From Vicugna vicugna (taxonomy: Eukaryota), in assembly GCA_013265495.1 (NCBI GenBank), contig MU057781.1, forward strand, positions 374,001 to 438,000: a stretch of DNA of 64,000 nt. The letters are read 5' to 3'. The position numbers and the translations under genes are program-made. The notes under the pieces are model-generated. The model did not search any database. It was not told the DNA's origin and saw nothing but the letters and a program-made list of their open reading frames with translations. Within the stretch, counting starts at the first letter, position 1, and each line of letters begins with the position of its first letter. Of this stretch, positions 38,140 through 50,640 are shown one piece after another.

Positions 38140-39090
38140 GCAGGAGAGAAGTTACGATGACCGTGATTTGTCGGCGCAACGGTGATGCGCCAGGAAGACT
38201 CAGGAAAACCTACGGGAACTCATAAAAGAGTTCTGCCAACTTGCTGAGAGCACAGCTGTGCAGATAACTCGACAGCTTCCCTCGGTGGCAGCCGTCATCT
38301 GGTGGGAGGGAAACCCCAATGCCTTTCATTCTGGCGACAGAAAACGTGCGTTTTTGACAGGATTGTTTCTATGTCATCAAGAGATTTGTTGGTAAGAAAG
38401 TGAGAAAACTTCCCTGAGACACAGGGAAGAAAAACACCAGAGGCCTGCCGTGCGTGGTGGGCAGAAAAATGGCCCCCAAAGCCACCTCCGATCCCCAGCA
38501 CCGGGGAGCGTGTGACCTTACACGGAAAGGATTTCGCCGGTGTGATGAAGTGAAGGGTCTTGAGATGGAAGCCGGTCCTGGGTTACGCGGGTGGGCCAAG
38601 GTCAACACAAGGGTCCTCGTGAGAGGGAGGTGGGAGATGAGAGTCAGAAAAGGGAAGTGAGGTGACAGAGAAGGGGTCAGAGAGCAGGAGGGCTGGGGAG
38701 ACGGACGCTGGGGGAGGGGCCGCGAGCCCGGGAGCAGGGTCTCCAGGTGCCGGAAGAGGGGAGGAGCCAACGGGGGAGCCAGCCCCGCCCACCACCTCAG
38801 GCCTCTGCCTCCTGAGCTGTGCAATAATAAATAATAAGTCTGTGTTACTTTGACGCACTAAGTGTGTGGTCATTTATTACAGTAGCAACCAGGGGAGAAA
38901 ATCCATCGTTTTTAAGGAAAAGAAGGAAATGGGAAAACAGAAAAAATTGAATTCTTTCCAAAATTATTTCTAGGTCTAACCTATGTGATTCAAAATCCAA
39001 GCAGGTTTTAATTTAATATGACATGATTCTAAAATAATCTTGACTAAATAGAAAAAGTCTGAGCAGATTTTGAAAATTAGAAGAGCACAT
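38140..39090 (+). mobile_element. Ancient L1 ORF2 fragment interrupted by an MLT1 LTR
   Basis: gaactcataaaagagttctgccaacttgctg (left) and aattctttccaaaattatttctaggtctaac...caaaatccaagcagg...tgattctaaaata (right) resemble consecutive ORF2 segments. Confidence 0.6.
38453..38905 (+). mobile_element. MaLR solo LTR (MLT1D-like), full length
   Basis: Starts cgtggtgggcagaaaaatggcccccaaag; contains gggtgggccaaggtcaacacaagggtcct and aataaa; ends ctaagtgtgtggtcatttattacagtagcaacc...ca. Confidence 0.88.
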
Positions 39091-42000
39091 GGTGGGGCAG
39101 GAGGGGCAGGGGTGTCTGGTCCCAGGAGCCTCCCAGGTGGGGGCATGGGGGCTGGAGGCAGGGCTGCAGGACAGTCCTTGCAGGCCTCGGAGGAGGACTC
39201 GTGAGGCTGCAGGACCCTGGGGTCAGGACTGGGGTCCGATGAAGTGGGGGTAGCAGCCTCCAGGGACGTGCAAGGGTCACGATGATGCTGGCGCCTCCAC
39301 CTGCAGGTCTGGTGGCTGAGGCATTTGGAGCCCAGCTCAGGGTCAGCCAGGGGCTTGGAGGAGCCTGTACTCGCCCAGCGGGAGATGTCCGGGGGCACAA
39401 GGCTCTGCGGGAGGGGAGGCCCTGGGTCTGCGGGACCTGTGGACACGACACACCTTGGCCGTGAGTGGGTGGGTCCTGCTCCCAGCAGCCAGGAGAGGGA
39501 AGGGGGCCAGCCACCAGCGTGGGGTGTGTGAGGGAGGACGATGAAGCCTCTGCGCCTCACCCTTCAGGTCTTTAAGCAGAAATAACAGATGCCTCATTAC
39601 TTTTTAAAAATTCAGTTGATGCTTTTATATTTAAACATTAACCAGGAAGGAGGCCGGATCACCGACATTAAGATGAGCTGTGCACCCCAAGCAGGGAAAG
39701 GTCAGAGCTCGCCCAGGACCCCTGGCCCCGTGTCTGCGTCCCCAGCGCCCCGCGCCCGCCCCCTGCTCCGTCTCAGCTGCTTTCACCGTTTCGGGGCTTC
39801 TTGATCAAAACGTGGGACGATGGGTGAGAGGCACGAGGTTCTGGGCTGGGCTGTGGCATAGGTCACAGGCAGGAAGCGGCCAGGGGGGCAGCAACACCTG
39901 GAAAGTGGCAGGGCCCTGCAGGTGTCCCCAGACGCTGCCGGCTGCTCGGGCTTTGGAGGCTGCGCTTCAGGCCAAGCCCTGGCCCAGGAGACAAACAACC
40001 TCCCTCCCGGCACCTCCGGGACGCAGGGAGTCCCGGCACCCGCGCTGCACTTAGAGCCACGGAGGTGCAGTCACTGCCCGAGGTCCAGCCTGCAGGCACC
40101 TGCGCAGGTGAGGACACAGCAGCCGGGCCAGGGCCTGCGACCCTGGCCGCTGTGCCGCGCGGGAGGACCACCCGGGCCCGCCTCCCGTGCGCGTCCCCGC
40201 TGCACGCCGCAGCAGGGGCCGCCTGCCCTGAACAGGTACCTGACCTGCCCCACTTCCTCAGTCGTCAGGGTCGGCGACATCTGGTGGGACACGAGGTGTC
40301 TCGGGGCTGGAGTGGGGGACATCTGCAGCACAGGGGCCTCCTGGTTCCTGCGTGGGGAGGGGTGCAGGGAAGCCATCCTCTTTGTAAAGTAAGGCGTGGA
40401 GCCCCAGTCAGCCCGCACTTGTGGGCGAGGCCGTGGAGGACATCTCGGCTCCTCTGCGAGGTGGGTGTGGGTGCCCCGGAGGGAGGAGGAGCAGGAGACA
40501 GAGCTGCCCGGGGTGGGGAAGGGGGGTGAGCCCTGTGTGACACAGACCAGGCTACAGCCATGCTGAGGCCACAGGAGCAAAGAGGCTTCCCTAGCGGCAG
40601 GGTCACCCCTTCGACAGTGACCAAGTGGAGCCCTCCTGGTCCAGGGCTGGGAGAGAGAACAGGGCCTGGACCAGGACCTGGCCCCTCCCTGAGGCGCCTA
40701 CAGGCCTGGGCGGACACCCAGGAGCTCTGACCGCTCGTAGCCATGGCCTCACTGGAGCACGGACGATGGCCCTTAGCTACCCTGGGGACCCCAGAAAGCG
40801 CCTCGAAGGAAGTGATCCTGGGCGTATCCCTGAGGGAGTAGCTTGAATGACCTCCCCTACCCACTGGTCCTCCCACAGCCACCCCATCCCACATCCACAC
40901 CTCCACGTCCCCCATACACACATCCTAACACCACAAAGACGTCCCCCTGCCATGCACACATACCCCCATGCACTAGTCCCCCCATGCACACACCCACCAC
41001 GCACTCTCGCTGCGCTGGCCCAGAGGTGGGATTCCCAGGCTGCCCCTCGGCTCTGCCCACCAGAGCCTTGGGCACTGGAGGCCCTCGAGGACCCCTTTTT
41101 CCTGTGTCCACACGCTGTCACACAGGCACAAGACTTGGCCAAGTGGCTTACACCCCTGCCTCAGGAGGATGCCCTTCAATGCCGGAGGGGTGACACAGCC
41201 ACCCCCAGGTGAGGACTGTTCTCTTCCTTGTGGGCAGGGGACACACATGGGGACCCATCATGCTGACAGCTACTCACCTCAGCACCCGGGGATCAGCATC
41301 AAGGGCACTTTAGGAAAAAAAGCATCTTAGGAATTTTTTTTCCCCTTCTGGTCTCACTTTTCCAAAGACTTAAGCCATCATGACTGCAGGCAGGAGAGTC
41401 ATCAAAGATCGGGGGGCTTGCCTCCGAGCCCCCTTCCTCCCCGTGTGGCAAACATTGCACCCACCAAGCCAGTTTGTCTTCCGGTTTCCGTGGAAACAGC
41501 TCTCTGAGGTGGGGGGGGCCTTTAAAACAATGACAGTTGAAAACCCTCCTGGGCCTGAGTTTCCTGCGACAGTGTTTCCATGGAAACTCGAGCCAAAGAC
41601 AGGCTAAGACGAGAAGGCGCTGGGAGTCCCCCCCACAGGAAACTGCTCCCCGTGGGCAGGCAGGCCTCCACAGCCTCCCCCGAGGGGGATGTCCGCCCCC
41701 CCCCGCACAAGGACGCAGGAGCACCCCTCCCAGATCACCAACGCTGGGGCCGATCCCCGGAGCTCACTGGGGAGGGAAGTGCCGCGAGGGAGGAGAGGGC
41801 GGGCGGGGTGGCTGCTCCCCATCCTGAAGTAGGGCCCGAGATGCCAGCTCCTCCACCCAGGACCGCAAGGCCTGCACCCCAAGCTGCACACAGACAGGGG
41901 AGGGAAAGGAACTGTGGGGCGTGGGAGCCCTCCCCGATCTGCACCCCCCCAACACACACACACACACACGATCACACACGCACACCCTGGCATCCACCCC

Positions 42001-43974
42001 CTCGCAGGCTGGCTCACTGGCGGACTGCGGTCCACTTCACCATCTCTGGGAGTCGCGTGGGTAGGCCTGTGGCCTGGGGACGGGGAGGGGCTCTGGTCAA
42101 GGGGCAGATAAAGCCAGGCAGCTGAGAATGTAGACGCGGCCATGCCCGTCTCACGGTCCCACTTTGAGATGGATGCTTGCTGCTGCCCCAGGACCCCAGT
42201 CCAGAAGCCCATCCACTGTGGGGGCCGTGGCATGGCCGGGCACCTGCAGAGACAGCCGGAAGGGAGCAGTCACAGCTCATGGCCTGAGGCTGCAGCCCCT
42301 GGGGCGCTTGCGGCTGAAGGCGGTGGTTCCCAGCGGGGAGCGGTCACTCCCGGGCTCCCCACGCCCTCCGGGGGTCCTGCCAGGGGATCCGCACCGGGCC
42401 CTGCGGCCCTGCCCTGGGCCAAAGCAAAATGTCCGAGGTTCTCCCTGCACCCTTCTGGTCTCTCCTCCATTAAACAAAACCCAGACGCCTGCGAAGTCTT
42501 TCTACTTCTAACAAGGTCCCCGACCTTAAAGTCGCGCCTCGATTTCAAAGCAGTTTAACACGTGGTGGTTTCTCTCCGTGTCCCTCCCTGAAAGTCACAT
42601 TCAAAGGAAACCTACAACCCAGTGGCGGTGAACACGCGTGCGGCGCCCAAGGGGTGTTTGGGGCCGTCACTCCTCTGAGGCCAGGCCCCTGCCCTCCCGA
42701 CTCGGGATGCGGGGCTTCTGGGTGCGTCCCCGTCCCCCCAGGACAGAGGAGGAGGCAGGGTCGGCCCGCCGTGCCTGCCCCGCCGGACACACGGGCAGGA
42801 GCCCTTCCCCTTCAGAGAGCATGCCCCAACCTCCCCCTTCCTCTACACTTTGAAGTGAGCACCGGTGCTTCGGCTCATCTAGCCTCACTCAGACACTTCA
42901 CCTTGAGATTCCACGGAGCCCAGCCTCCGGGCCTCCAGCGCGAGCACTGCCCGTGGGCGGTGTTGTCGCTCCCTGAGCCGGGAACCTCGGGCCTGGCGGC
43001 AGGTGCTCGACTCTGAGAGCTGAGGCCCAAGAGCGCCCCGCTCTGTGCGGAGGTGCTGGCTGGCTCCACTCCAGCTGCTGAGAGCCGCGGAGAAGGCGCC
43101 GGAGACCTCTTCATTCCGAGACATGAAATATGAATGTGAACTTAGAAGGAGCCTTCACGCTTATCTTAAAGGGCAGACAAATGTCACTGAGCAGCCGGCT
43201 TTGCTACTAAATGCACGACGGAGACGATGCCCAGCCGGGCGGCTCGGAGACGCTCATCGCTCCCCTTCCACCTGCACACCTGGCACAGGCGCTCCCTGAG
43301 GGCAAAGGGGCAGACGGAAATGGTCCCTGCGCCCTCGGCCAGAGGCGGGGGATGGCAGGGCAGGGCGGCGCGGGCGGTGTGGACACAGCAGGGCCGCGCT
43401 CTGGGCTCACTCCGGGTGCCGCTCGAAGGTCCTGGAGGATGTTGGCTGAGCCTCCAGGGACTGTGCTCCCCCCAAAGCCCCAGGCGGCTCCGGCAGGCGT
43501 TGTCCCCCGTGGACCCCCTCAGCCCTCCCTTCCCCCAGACCTGAGGCTGGACCAGACACAGGGGGCCAGCCCATCCCGGATCACCTGGGACAGTCCCAGG
43601 AACCCCTACCAGGGAGGGAGGGTGGTGGCCTCCAGCAGAGGAGATCACGGAAGTTGGAGCCCTTCCCAAGGAGAGGTGAGGAGGAGGCAGGAAGAGGGGC
43701 CCGCCGGCCGTGCACCCAGCTCCATGGGTGCAGAGCTGGGCATCTCTGCAGCCCTGCCCGTCTAAGTCTGAAGCCCCTATTCTTGACCTCTGAACTTAGC
43801 CCTGGCGAGAGGGAGGGGGGAGAGGAGATCCTGGAGCTGTGGTCCAGGAGGAGGGAGGGCCTCCACCCCAGCTCAGGGTCCCCAGCCAGGAGGGAAACGG
43901 GGAGGAAGCATTCACCGAGCACCCCACCCCGGGATGAAGAGAAGGGCTGTGGGAGCCCCCAGAAGGTGGTTTGG

Positions 43975-44055
43975 GGCACAGTTCACAGCCAGGGAAACTG
44001 AGGCACGAGTTCCCGGGGTGTCCCAGTGCATGGCTCGCCCAGGTCACACAGGCAG
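43975..44055 (-). mobile_element. MIR relic
   Basis: ttcacagccagggaaactgaggcacgag...ctcgcccaggtcacacag. Confidence 0.55.
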
Positions 44056-44339
44056 GAGCCAGGCCACGTCCCTTCTGTGGGGCTCACCCTGCAGCCCCGA
44101 GGGCTGTCAGGACATACAGCAGACCCCTAAAGGGCCACCCAGCTACAGGCCCCACCGGGGTGGGGGGGGTGTCTCAGGGCTGAGGAATGGAGTCGAGAAG
44201 CCGCCCCACGGCCCCGCACAGTTAAACCTTCTCACAGTCGGGCTGCTGGCGGCGTTCAGTCCCTCTGGAGCTGAAGGCACAGCCTTTCTGAAGTTGCCTT
44301 ATTCAGCGTGGCAAGTATGTTCCTTCTCATCAGGAGGAA

Positions 44340-44770
44340 GGCCCACACGGCGGCCCCGAAGGCGCGCTGACATGGGGAGAAGGCCGGCCGGCGGACGTAA
44401 ACGGCCCTGAAGCCGCGGTTCACCCGAACGCCGGCGGGGCCGGAGGGCCGGCGGGCGGGAGCGCGGCGCGGAAGCCGCTCCTCCAGGCTGACGCCCGAGA
44501 GGCCCGGGGGGCAGGGCCCTCGGCCCTGGCGCGAGCCGGAAAATCCGCCCGGAGAGCTTCCTGATGCAGACGCAGCGTGTTTGCTAGAACCTTCCCCCAC
44601 TCCCTCTGTCTCGCCCTGGGCTTCCAGGGCAGACGGTCGACTTCCAGGACTGCATCGTGAGCGCCCACACCTCCCTCGTCATCCCGCGCCCAGCTGTCCC
44701 CGCCTTGTCAAAGCGCCGGCTGTGACGGGTGGACGTCAGGCCTTCAGAAGGGAAGCGCCCCAGACACGGT
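44340..44770. promoter_or_regulatory. CpG island-like segment
   Basis: Very dense CpG (gccggcggggccggagggccggcgggcgggagcgcggcgcggaag); ETS-like cggaag/ccggaaa sites. Confidence 0.6.
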
Positions 44771-46554
44771 CACTCCTGAGCGTCCTGGGGACCCACGTGG
44801 GGTAAACCCCCTCCTTCAGAGACCTGAGAGGGTCGTGAGGCTTCTGACCAAACGTCCACATTTTCCTTAAGAGACAGGCCACCGTCCTTCCTTGCCGCTC
44901 TCCAGACGACAGTGGGCGGAGCTGAGTGAGGGGGGCTCCGAGCGCACCTGCCCCCGCAGCCCCCAGCCCCCCCAGCACCACGTGCGGCCACGCGCCCTCC
45001 CGCAGCGCTCCCCATTGTCTGGTCCCCAGCATTTACCACCTGCAAACGTGACAGAATCGATGGTCAGGGGCTCAGGAGGGAGGAACTCGGCCTGGCGGAT
45101 GCGGCAGCTCAAAGACCTGCACACACACACTCGCACATGCACACACGCACACATGCACACACCACCGTGCACAGACACACACACACACACACACGCAAGG
45201 CCAACCCAGGCTGGCTCCAGGCCAGGACCGCCACCCAGCGGGAGGACGACTCTGCCGAGTCACTGCACTTTCTCCTGTCAGAGAGCAGGAGAAGACAGGC
45301 GCGCACGGCCCCCAGGGAAGGGGACTCTGTGGGATCAGGAATGAGGCTTTCACTGCCCAGGTGTGCTGGATAAGCCTGCAGGATGCGCGTCCTTGGGACA
45401 GATGTGCGCTGACCTGCCGTGACGGGTCTGCGGGTCTGCGGGTCAGCGGGGAGGGAGGGAGGTGGCCCAGGCCTGGGAGTGTGTCATAGGAGGACCTGGA
45501 GTGTTGTGGGGTGTGCGGGGTGTGCGTGAGGTCAGAGCAGACTGGGGGTGGGGGGTGGGTTGACACACAGGACTGCCTGCCATCGCCTTCTCTGGGTCAA
45601 AGGGCCAAGGGCTCGCCGGGGTCCCAGCTCCTCTTCTGCGTCAACAACCCCAGGATGGTGGTCTGCACCTCTGACCCTCCTCCCGACCCCTCTTTCGTTC
45701 GTCTTTCATCAGCGCATCAGTACAAGACAGCAAGGCGTCCTCGTGACGGTTTCAATAGGTTCTCGTGGTGACTCCAAGCTGCTGCGGGCTTTGACCTCTG
45801 CGGGCAGGGACAGAGGGGGGAGTGGGAGAAGGAAAATGGGGGAGGCCAGGGAGGGGGTCCCCTCTGCCTCTGGGGGGCAGGTGACAGCCCAGGAGAAGGG
45901 AGGGAGTCTCCTCACCTCACCTGCCTGCCGGCCAAGGCCTCTACCTCTGAGCTATGGGATTCTGGGGAGTCATGGGGGAGAGGGGCCACACGGGACTGCT
46001 GGGGGGGGCTACCCAGAACGCCTGAGGGAACAGGAGTCTCTTCTCTGGGGCTGTCCTCCACGAGGAAGTCCCCTCCGGCCGATGGTAGAGACGGCAGACT
46101 CCTGCCTCTGGGTCCTCCCTCCCCACCCACTTCCCAGGCAGCGGCCCTTGGGGTCAGCTCCTGCCGCTGGAGACCGCGCAGCAAGGCCCCTCCGTTTCCC
46201 CCTTCACCTGGTCTCTGCTCTCCCACCCGAAGGACTCTGGCGGTCCGGTGAGCCCACGTCTCGCAGCATCAACAGCTGGAAATCCCCTTCCCGGGAGGGC
46301 AAAAGGGACTGCATCCTCCAAAGCTACTGCAGGACGACATAGAAGTATTAAATTTTATTCTCCCCATGGCATGCAACAAAGAGGGAAAAGGAAGCCAGTC
46401 TCACATTAAATCAGGTCAACGTCTGTGTGTCTCACCACGGCACCAGGGACATCTCTGCCGAGACGCTGGAGGCGTGCTCAGCTTCCATGACTTTCCTCCT
46501 GTTTTTCCTGTTACTCAGGACCTTCCCTTGGGTGTTACGTGTGGAAGATGGCCA

Positions 46555-46750
46555 TGCTAGTCAGGTTTCCCCAGGGAAACAGGATCTCCAGAGACACACG
46601 TAAGAGCGACTGGTTCACAGCGCCAGGAGACCCAAGGGAGTCCCAGGTCTGCAAGCTGGAGGCCCAGGAGGGCGGGCGCTGTGATCCAGTCTGAGTCTGA
46701 AACCCTGAGAACCAGGAGTCCAACGTCTGAGGGCAGGGAAGATGGAAACA
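46555..46750 (-). mobile_element. ERVL LTR (MLT2-type), partial
   Basis: tagtcaggtttccccagggaaacag...tctgcaagctggaggcccagga...ccagtctgagtctgaaaccctgagaaccaggag. Confidence 0.8.
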
Positions 46751-47145
46751 CACCCCACCTACCCCTCGGCCGGCGGACCACCGGCTGTGGGCACTGCCCT
46801 GCAGACGCCCACGGGGAGCTGGCTCTCCAGCCCTTTGAGGTGGCCATGACCATCCCTTCCCTCTCACTGGCCGTGGCTTTCAATTCCTTAATCATCCTTG
46901 GAAATTCATCCTAGTCCTGGGATGAAGCTGATTTGATTTCGTTTTCAAATAGGTTCCATTCAACATGCACGTAATTACTGTCTCCCCTCCCACCACTAAT
47001 GCTGCTTAAAGGGACAGGGCCCAATATTCAGGTCTCTCCTGAGAAGGGGGCGAGCAGAAGGTGCTGTGAGCCAAGGATGCCCGCCGCGAGGCAATACTGA
47101 GGTGAGTGCCCACCAGTAGCTCCCTCCTGCTAACACCCCTGGGGC

Positions 47146-47300
47146 CGAGCTGTGCAGGGGAGCTGTGCACATGTAACCAGGGGCCGTGCAAGTGTAGTGA
47201 GCCCTGCACATGCACTGAGCTTGCATACGCGGTGGGCTCTGCGTATGTGATGAGTTGTGCACATATGGTGAGCTCTGTGTACGTCAGGAGCTCTACACTG
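47146..47300. repeat. Degenerate ~18-bp minisatellite, about 8 copies
   Basis: Units gggagctgtgcacatgta, gtgagccctgcacatgca, ctgagcttgcatacgcg, gtgggctctgcgtatgtg, atgagttgtgcacatatg, gtgagctctgtgtacgtc. Confidence 0.75.
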
Positions 47301-48506
47301 GTAAACAGATGACGCAGCATGTATAAATGAGCCCAGCCCATGGCCACGTCCCTATGTTGGCGGCCAACACGGGGCCGCCCTCCACCGTCTGTCTGAATAA
47401 ACATATATTCAAGTTAAGTTGTTGGACTCTAGAGGCGGCCTCCGTGATGCAGACGCGAAGCCTTTTGAGGGCGGGTTGGAGACGAGTTTCAGGCTGCTGG
47501 CGGCCTTCGAACGCGGGGTCCGCGAGGCACACTCGGTCCTCCGAGCTCGCCACACCAGGCAGCCCGCCCCGCACGCACCGGATGCAGGAGGCCAGCGCCA
47601 CGCGCCCCGGGAGACAGGCGGGTGGCGGGAGGAGGTGCCGGGCGGTCCAGAGCCTCTGCAGGCAGCTTCATCGTCATGCTCAGAGAAGAGAGTCAAGGGG
47701 TGCTTTAATATTAATAAACCTGCTGCTGCAAGATCTAGAAGGTGCTAGGATGAGTTTCGTGATTAAAATTTGACTTCACCCAGGGCTGCACGGGATTCCC
47801 ACCGGGGTGCTGACCGAGGCACCCCAGGCGAAGCCTCATGGCCTCCGGCTCCCCAGGAACCCGCTGCGCTGACCGGCAGTCAGCTGGGTCCTGCGGGCAG
47901 GCTCGGCCGCCTTCCTCTGCGAACACATCAATTTGCTGAAATGAATGATCTCTGGCTGTAAAATCCAAATTACTGTTTCACTCAAAGAAGCACTTACAAT
48001 TTTGCCTTCCTGGTCGTGTTCACATTCAACATCGTCCTTAGCAGCCCCTCGGGGAATGCAATCCGCTGGGAGGCCAGCGCAGCCCAGAGGCCCTGCCGCC
48101 TGAGGACTCCAGGGCCGGGCTCCGGAGCCAGGTCAGCACCAGGCATCTGTGCTACAGCCCCGTCCTCCTGCTCCTCCAGGTACACGCTGACCGGGACAAT
48201 TCCCGCCTTTGTGCAGGCCTGGGCTCTGCACGGCTTCAGGTATCAGTGCCCGGTTCACGTAAACACTCTGCTCTTTCCTTCCTTCAGGTGGGATTCATGG
48301 GAATCCCCTGTGCTGGGGGCTGGGCTGCGGGATGCAAGGCCCCATCCCACCCCCCGGAGCACAGGGAGAGGGGGTCGTGGTGGGACACACCCAGAGCCCC
48401 GAGGAGGCTTGATGTGCGGAACTGGGGGAGCCAGGAAGAGGCTTTGGGGAGCAAGAGACCAGGAGCTGCCAGGCCGAGGACAGACACAGTGTCAAAAAGT
48501 GAGGCC

Positions 48507-48576
48507 AATGGAAGCAACATAGATGTCCACCGACAGATGACTGGATAAAGAAAATGGGGGTGGGGGGTGAGGCGGG

Positions 48577-48608
<32 letters not shown>

Positions 48609-49062
48609 CTACTCAGCCATAAAAAATAAGATAATGCCATTTGTAGCAAGAAGGATGGACCTAGAGATCATCATCCTAAATGAAGTCAGACAGAAAAAGA
48701 CAAATACCGTGTGCTGTCACTTATATGTGGAATCTAAAATACGACACAAATGAACTTACTTACAAAACAAAGACAGACTCACAGACATAGAAAACAAGCT
48801 TATGGTTACCAGAGGGGAAGCAGGTAAGAAGGAATAAACTGGGAGTCTGAGATTTGCGAATACTGACTATACACAAAATAGATAAACAAGTTCATACCAT
48901 ACAGCACAGGAAACTATATTCAGTACCTTGTCGTCACCTATAATGAGAAAGGACATGACAATGAATGTATGTACGTACATGTATGACTGAAACATGATGC
49001 TGCACACCAGAAATTCACACAACATTGTAAACTGACTACACTTCAATTAAAAAAAAGAAGAA
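48507..49062 (+). mobile_element. Young L1 3' end (ORF2 tail, 3'UTR, poly-A) containing a (TG)n insertion
   Basis: atggaagcaac...tgtccaccgacagatgactggataaagaaaat...gacctagagatcatcatcctaaatgaagtcag...caccagaaattcacacaacattgtaaactgactacacttcaattaaaaaaa. Confidence 0.93.
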
Positions 49063-49066
49063 AGTT

Positions 49067-49265
49067 GGTGAGAAAATACATCTTAGAAGTTCTCATCACA
49101 AGAAAAAAGCACACCAACATACAGTGATGCAGATGCTAGACTTTTTGCGGCGACCACCTCCCAACACGTACAAGTGCACAACGTTTATACTGTTCACTTG
49201 AAACTAGTATGCTATGTGAATTATATTGCAATTAAGTTTTTTTAAAAAAAACAAACAAAAAAGAA
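49067..49265 (+). mobile_element. Older L1 (L1MA9-like) 3' terminus
   Basis: atcttagaagttctcatcacaagaaaaaa...cacttgaaactagtatgctatgtgaattatattgcaatta plus an A-rich tail. Confidence 0.8.
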
Positions 49266-49293
49266 CTGAAGGGGGGGCACCTCGAGCCCTTTG

Positions 49294-49620
49294 CTTTTTT
49301 TTCAATTGAAGTAAAGGTGATTTACAACCTTGTGTCAGTTTCAGGTGTGCAGCACAGTGATTCAGGTACACACGTACAGACATGCAATTGCACGGTGGAA
49401 AAGAACGCGAGAAGGAATGTATGTGTTATTGCACATAGATACACACATACTATATGCGAAGATATGTGATGTATATTCCTTTTCATATTCTTTTCCATTA
49501 TGGGCCGTTCGGAGGCGCTGAGCACCGTTCGCTGGGCTGCACAGCAGGGCCTTGCTGTTTATCTGCTTTATGTGCCGTAGTGTGTACCAGCTGGTCCCGA
49601 ACTCCTCACCTACCCCTCCC
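49294..49620 (-). mobile_element. Young L1 extreme 3' end
   Basis: ttttttcaattgaagta...tttacaaccttgtgtcagtttcaggtgtgcagcacagtgattcag...ttttcatattcttttccattatgg. Confidence 0.85.
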
Positions 49621-50104
49621 CGCCCTCGGCTGTCTGACGTGGGCAGCGCCTCTGCCACCTGGGCAGGCCCGCGTGCCTCAGAAAGGCTGTTTCTGGGCAG
49701 TGACCTTAGTGTGAAATTACAATGTGACCCCAAATCAGCAGTCACGGGCACTGCAGTCCACTGTCCTTTGTTCCTCAGGGCCCTCGGGAGACACAGAACA
49801 GACCCCGAGACAGACACCTCTGTCGGGTGTGTTGCTGAAGTGTCCCCAAAAGTGACGGCCAGTCTGGACCTTGTGAGGCCCCAGAGCAGGGCCTTCCCCT
49901 GGACCGGAGCACTGGCACCATCCAAGACAGACCCTGGTGACCAGAGGCCAGAGCAGGAGCATGGGTTCTTGCTGCCTGGGTGGTGCGCATCCCCACAAGC
50001 AGGGAAATGGTGCCCGGCAGAAACCCAGGACTACAGAGACACAGAGAGAAGCCGGTGCTGTGTCCTCCTCACCCCCGGCGCACACGAGGCAGGAGAGCTA
50101 CTGC

Positions 50105-50640
50105 TGCAGGGGAGGAAAACGTTCCCCCACCCACTTATATTCTGTCCCTGAGGCCTGCGAATTAAATGGGCAAAAGCTAGACTAACAGGAGGAACAGTTT
50201 CCATATTTTTCCGATGTTAATAGTTTTAATTTTATGTGCACAGAAAAGAAGTGAAAACCCAAAGAAGCAGTTAAACTTGGGCTTATAAACCATTTTAACC
50301 TACGGCGATAAATCATGAATTGTGTAGACAACAGAAAGGGGTTTGGGCTCCGGATGCAGCAAGTGGGGGGTGGGCACCTGAGAAACGGACGGCAGGGAGG
50401 CTACTCAGGAAGGTCTGTGCGCAGGCGCACCTGGGTGCCGTCTCCGTCTCCGGCGACGAGGGCTGTTCTGACCTGCGGGCCGGGGAGGACTCCTTTCCAA
50501 GGGACTTTATGCCCTGCTTTGGGGCAGAAAGGGGGAGGGCAGAGGCCCCTCTTTTGACTCCCTTTTCTTAGTAGTTTTCAGCTCAAAATACTCCTCCTGC
50601 CAAAGTGGTCTTAGAGCTGAGGGTGCCCCAGAGCCCCATG
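50105..50640 (-). mobile_element. ERV1-type LTR (MER41-like laurasiatherian family)
   Basis: aaaacccaaagaagcagtta...tttatgccctgctttggggcagaaagggggagggcagag...ttcagctcaaaatactcctcctgccaaagtgg resembles MER41-family LTRs in antisense. Confidence 0.65.

Noticed and set aside
44394..44406. gacgtaaacggcc, identical to 13 nt of the EGFP coding sequence
   Set aside because: The match does not extend on either side; chance.
47146..47300. CRISPR-like or other prokaryotic repeat array
   Set aside because: Contiguous diverged units without spacers, no cas genes, mammalian repeat context.
50105..50640. Interferon-inducible STAT1 enhancer, as in primate MER41B
   Set aside because: I found no TTCNNNGAA motif within this LTR copy.
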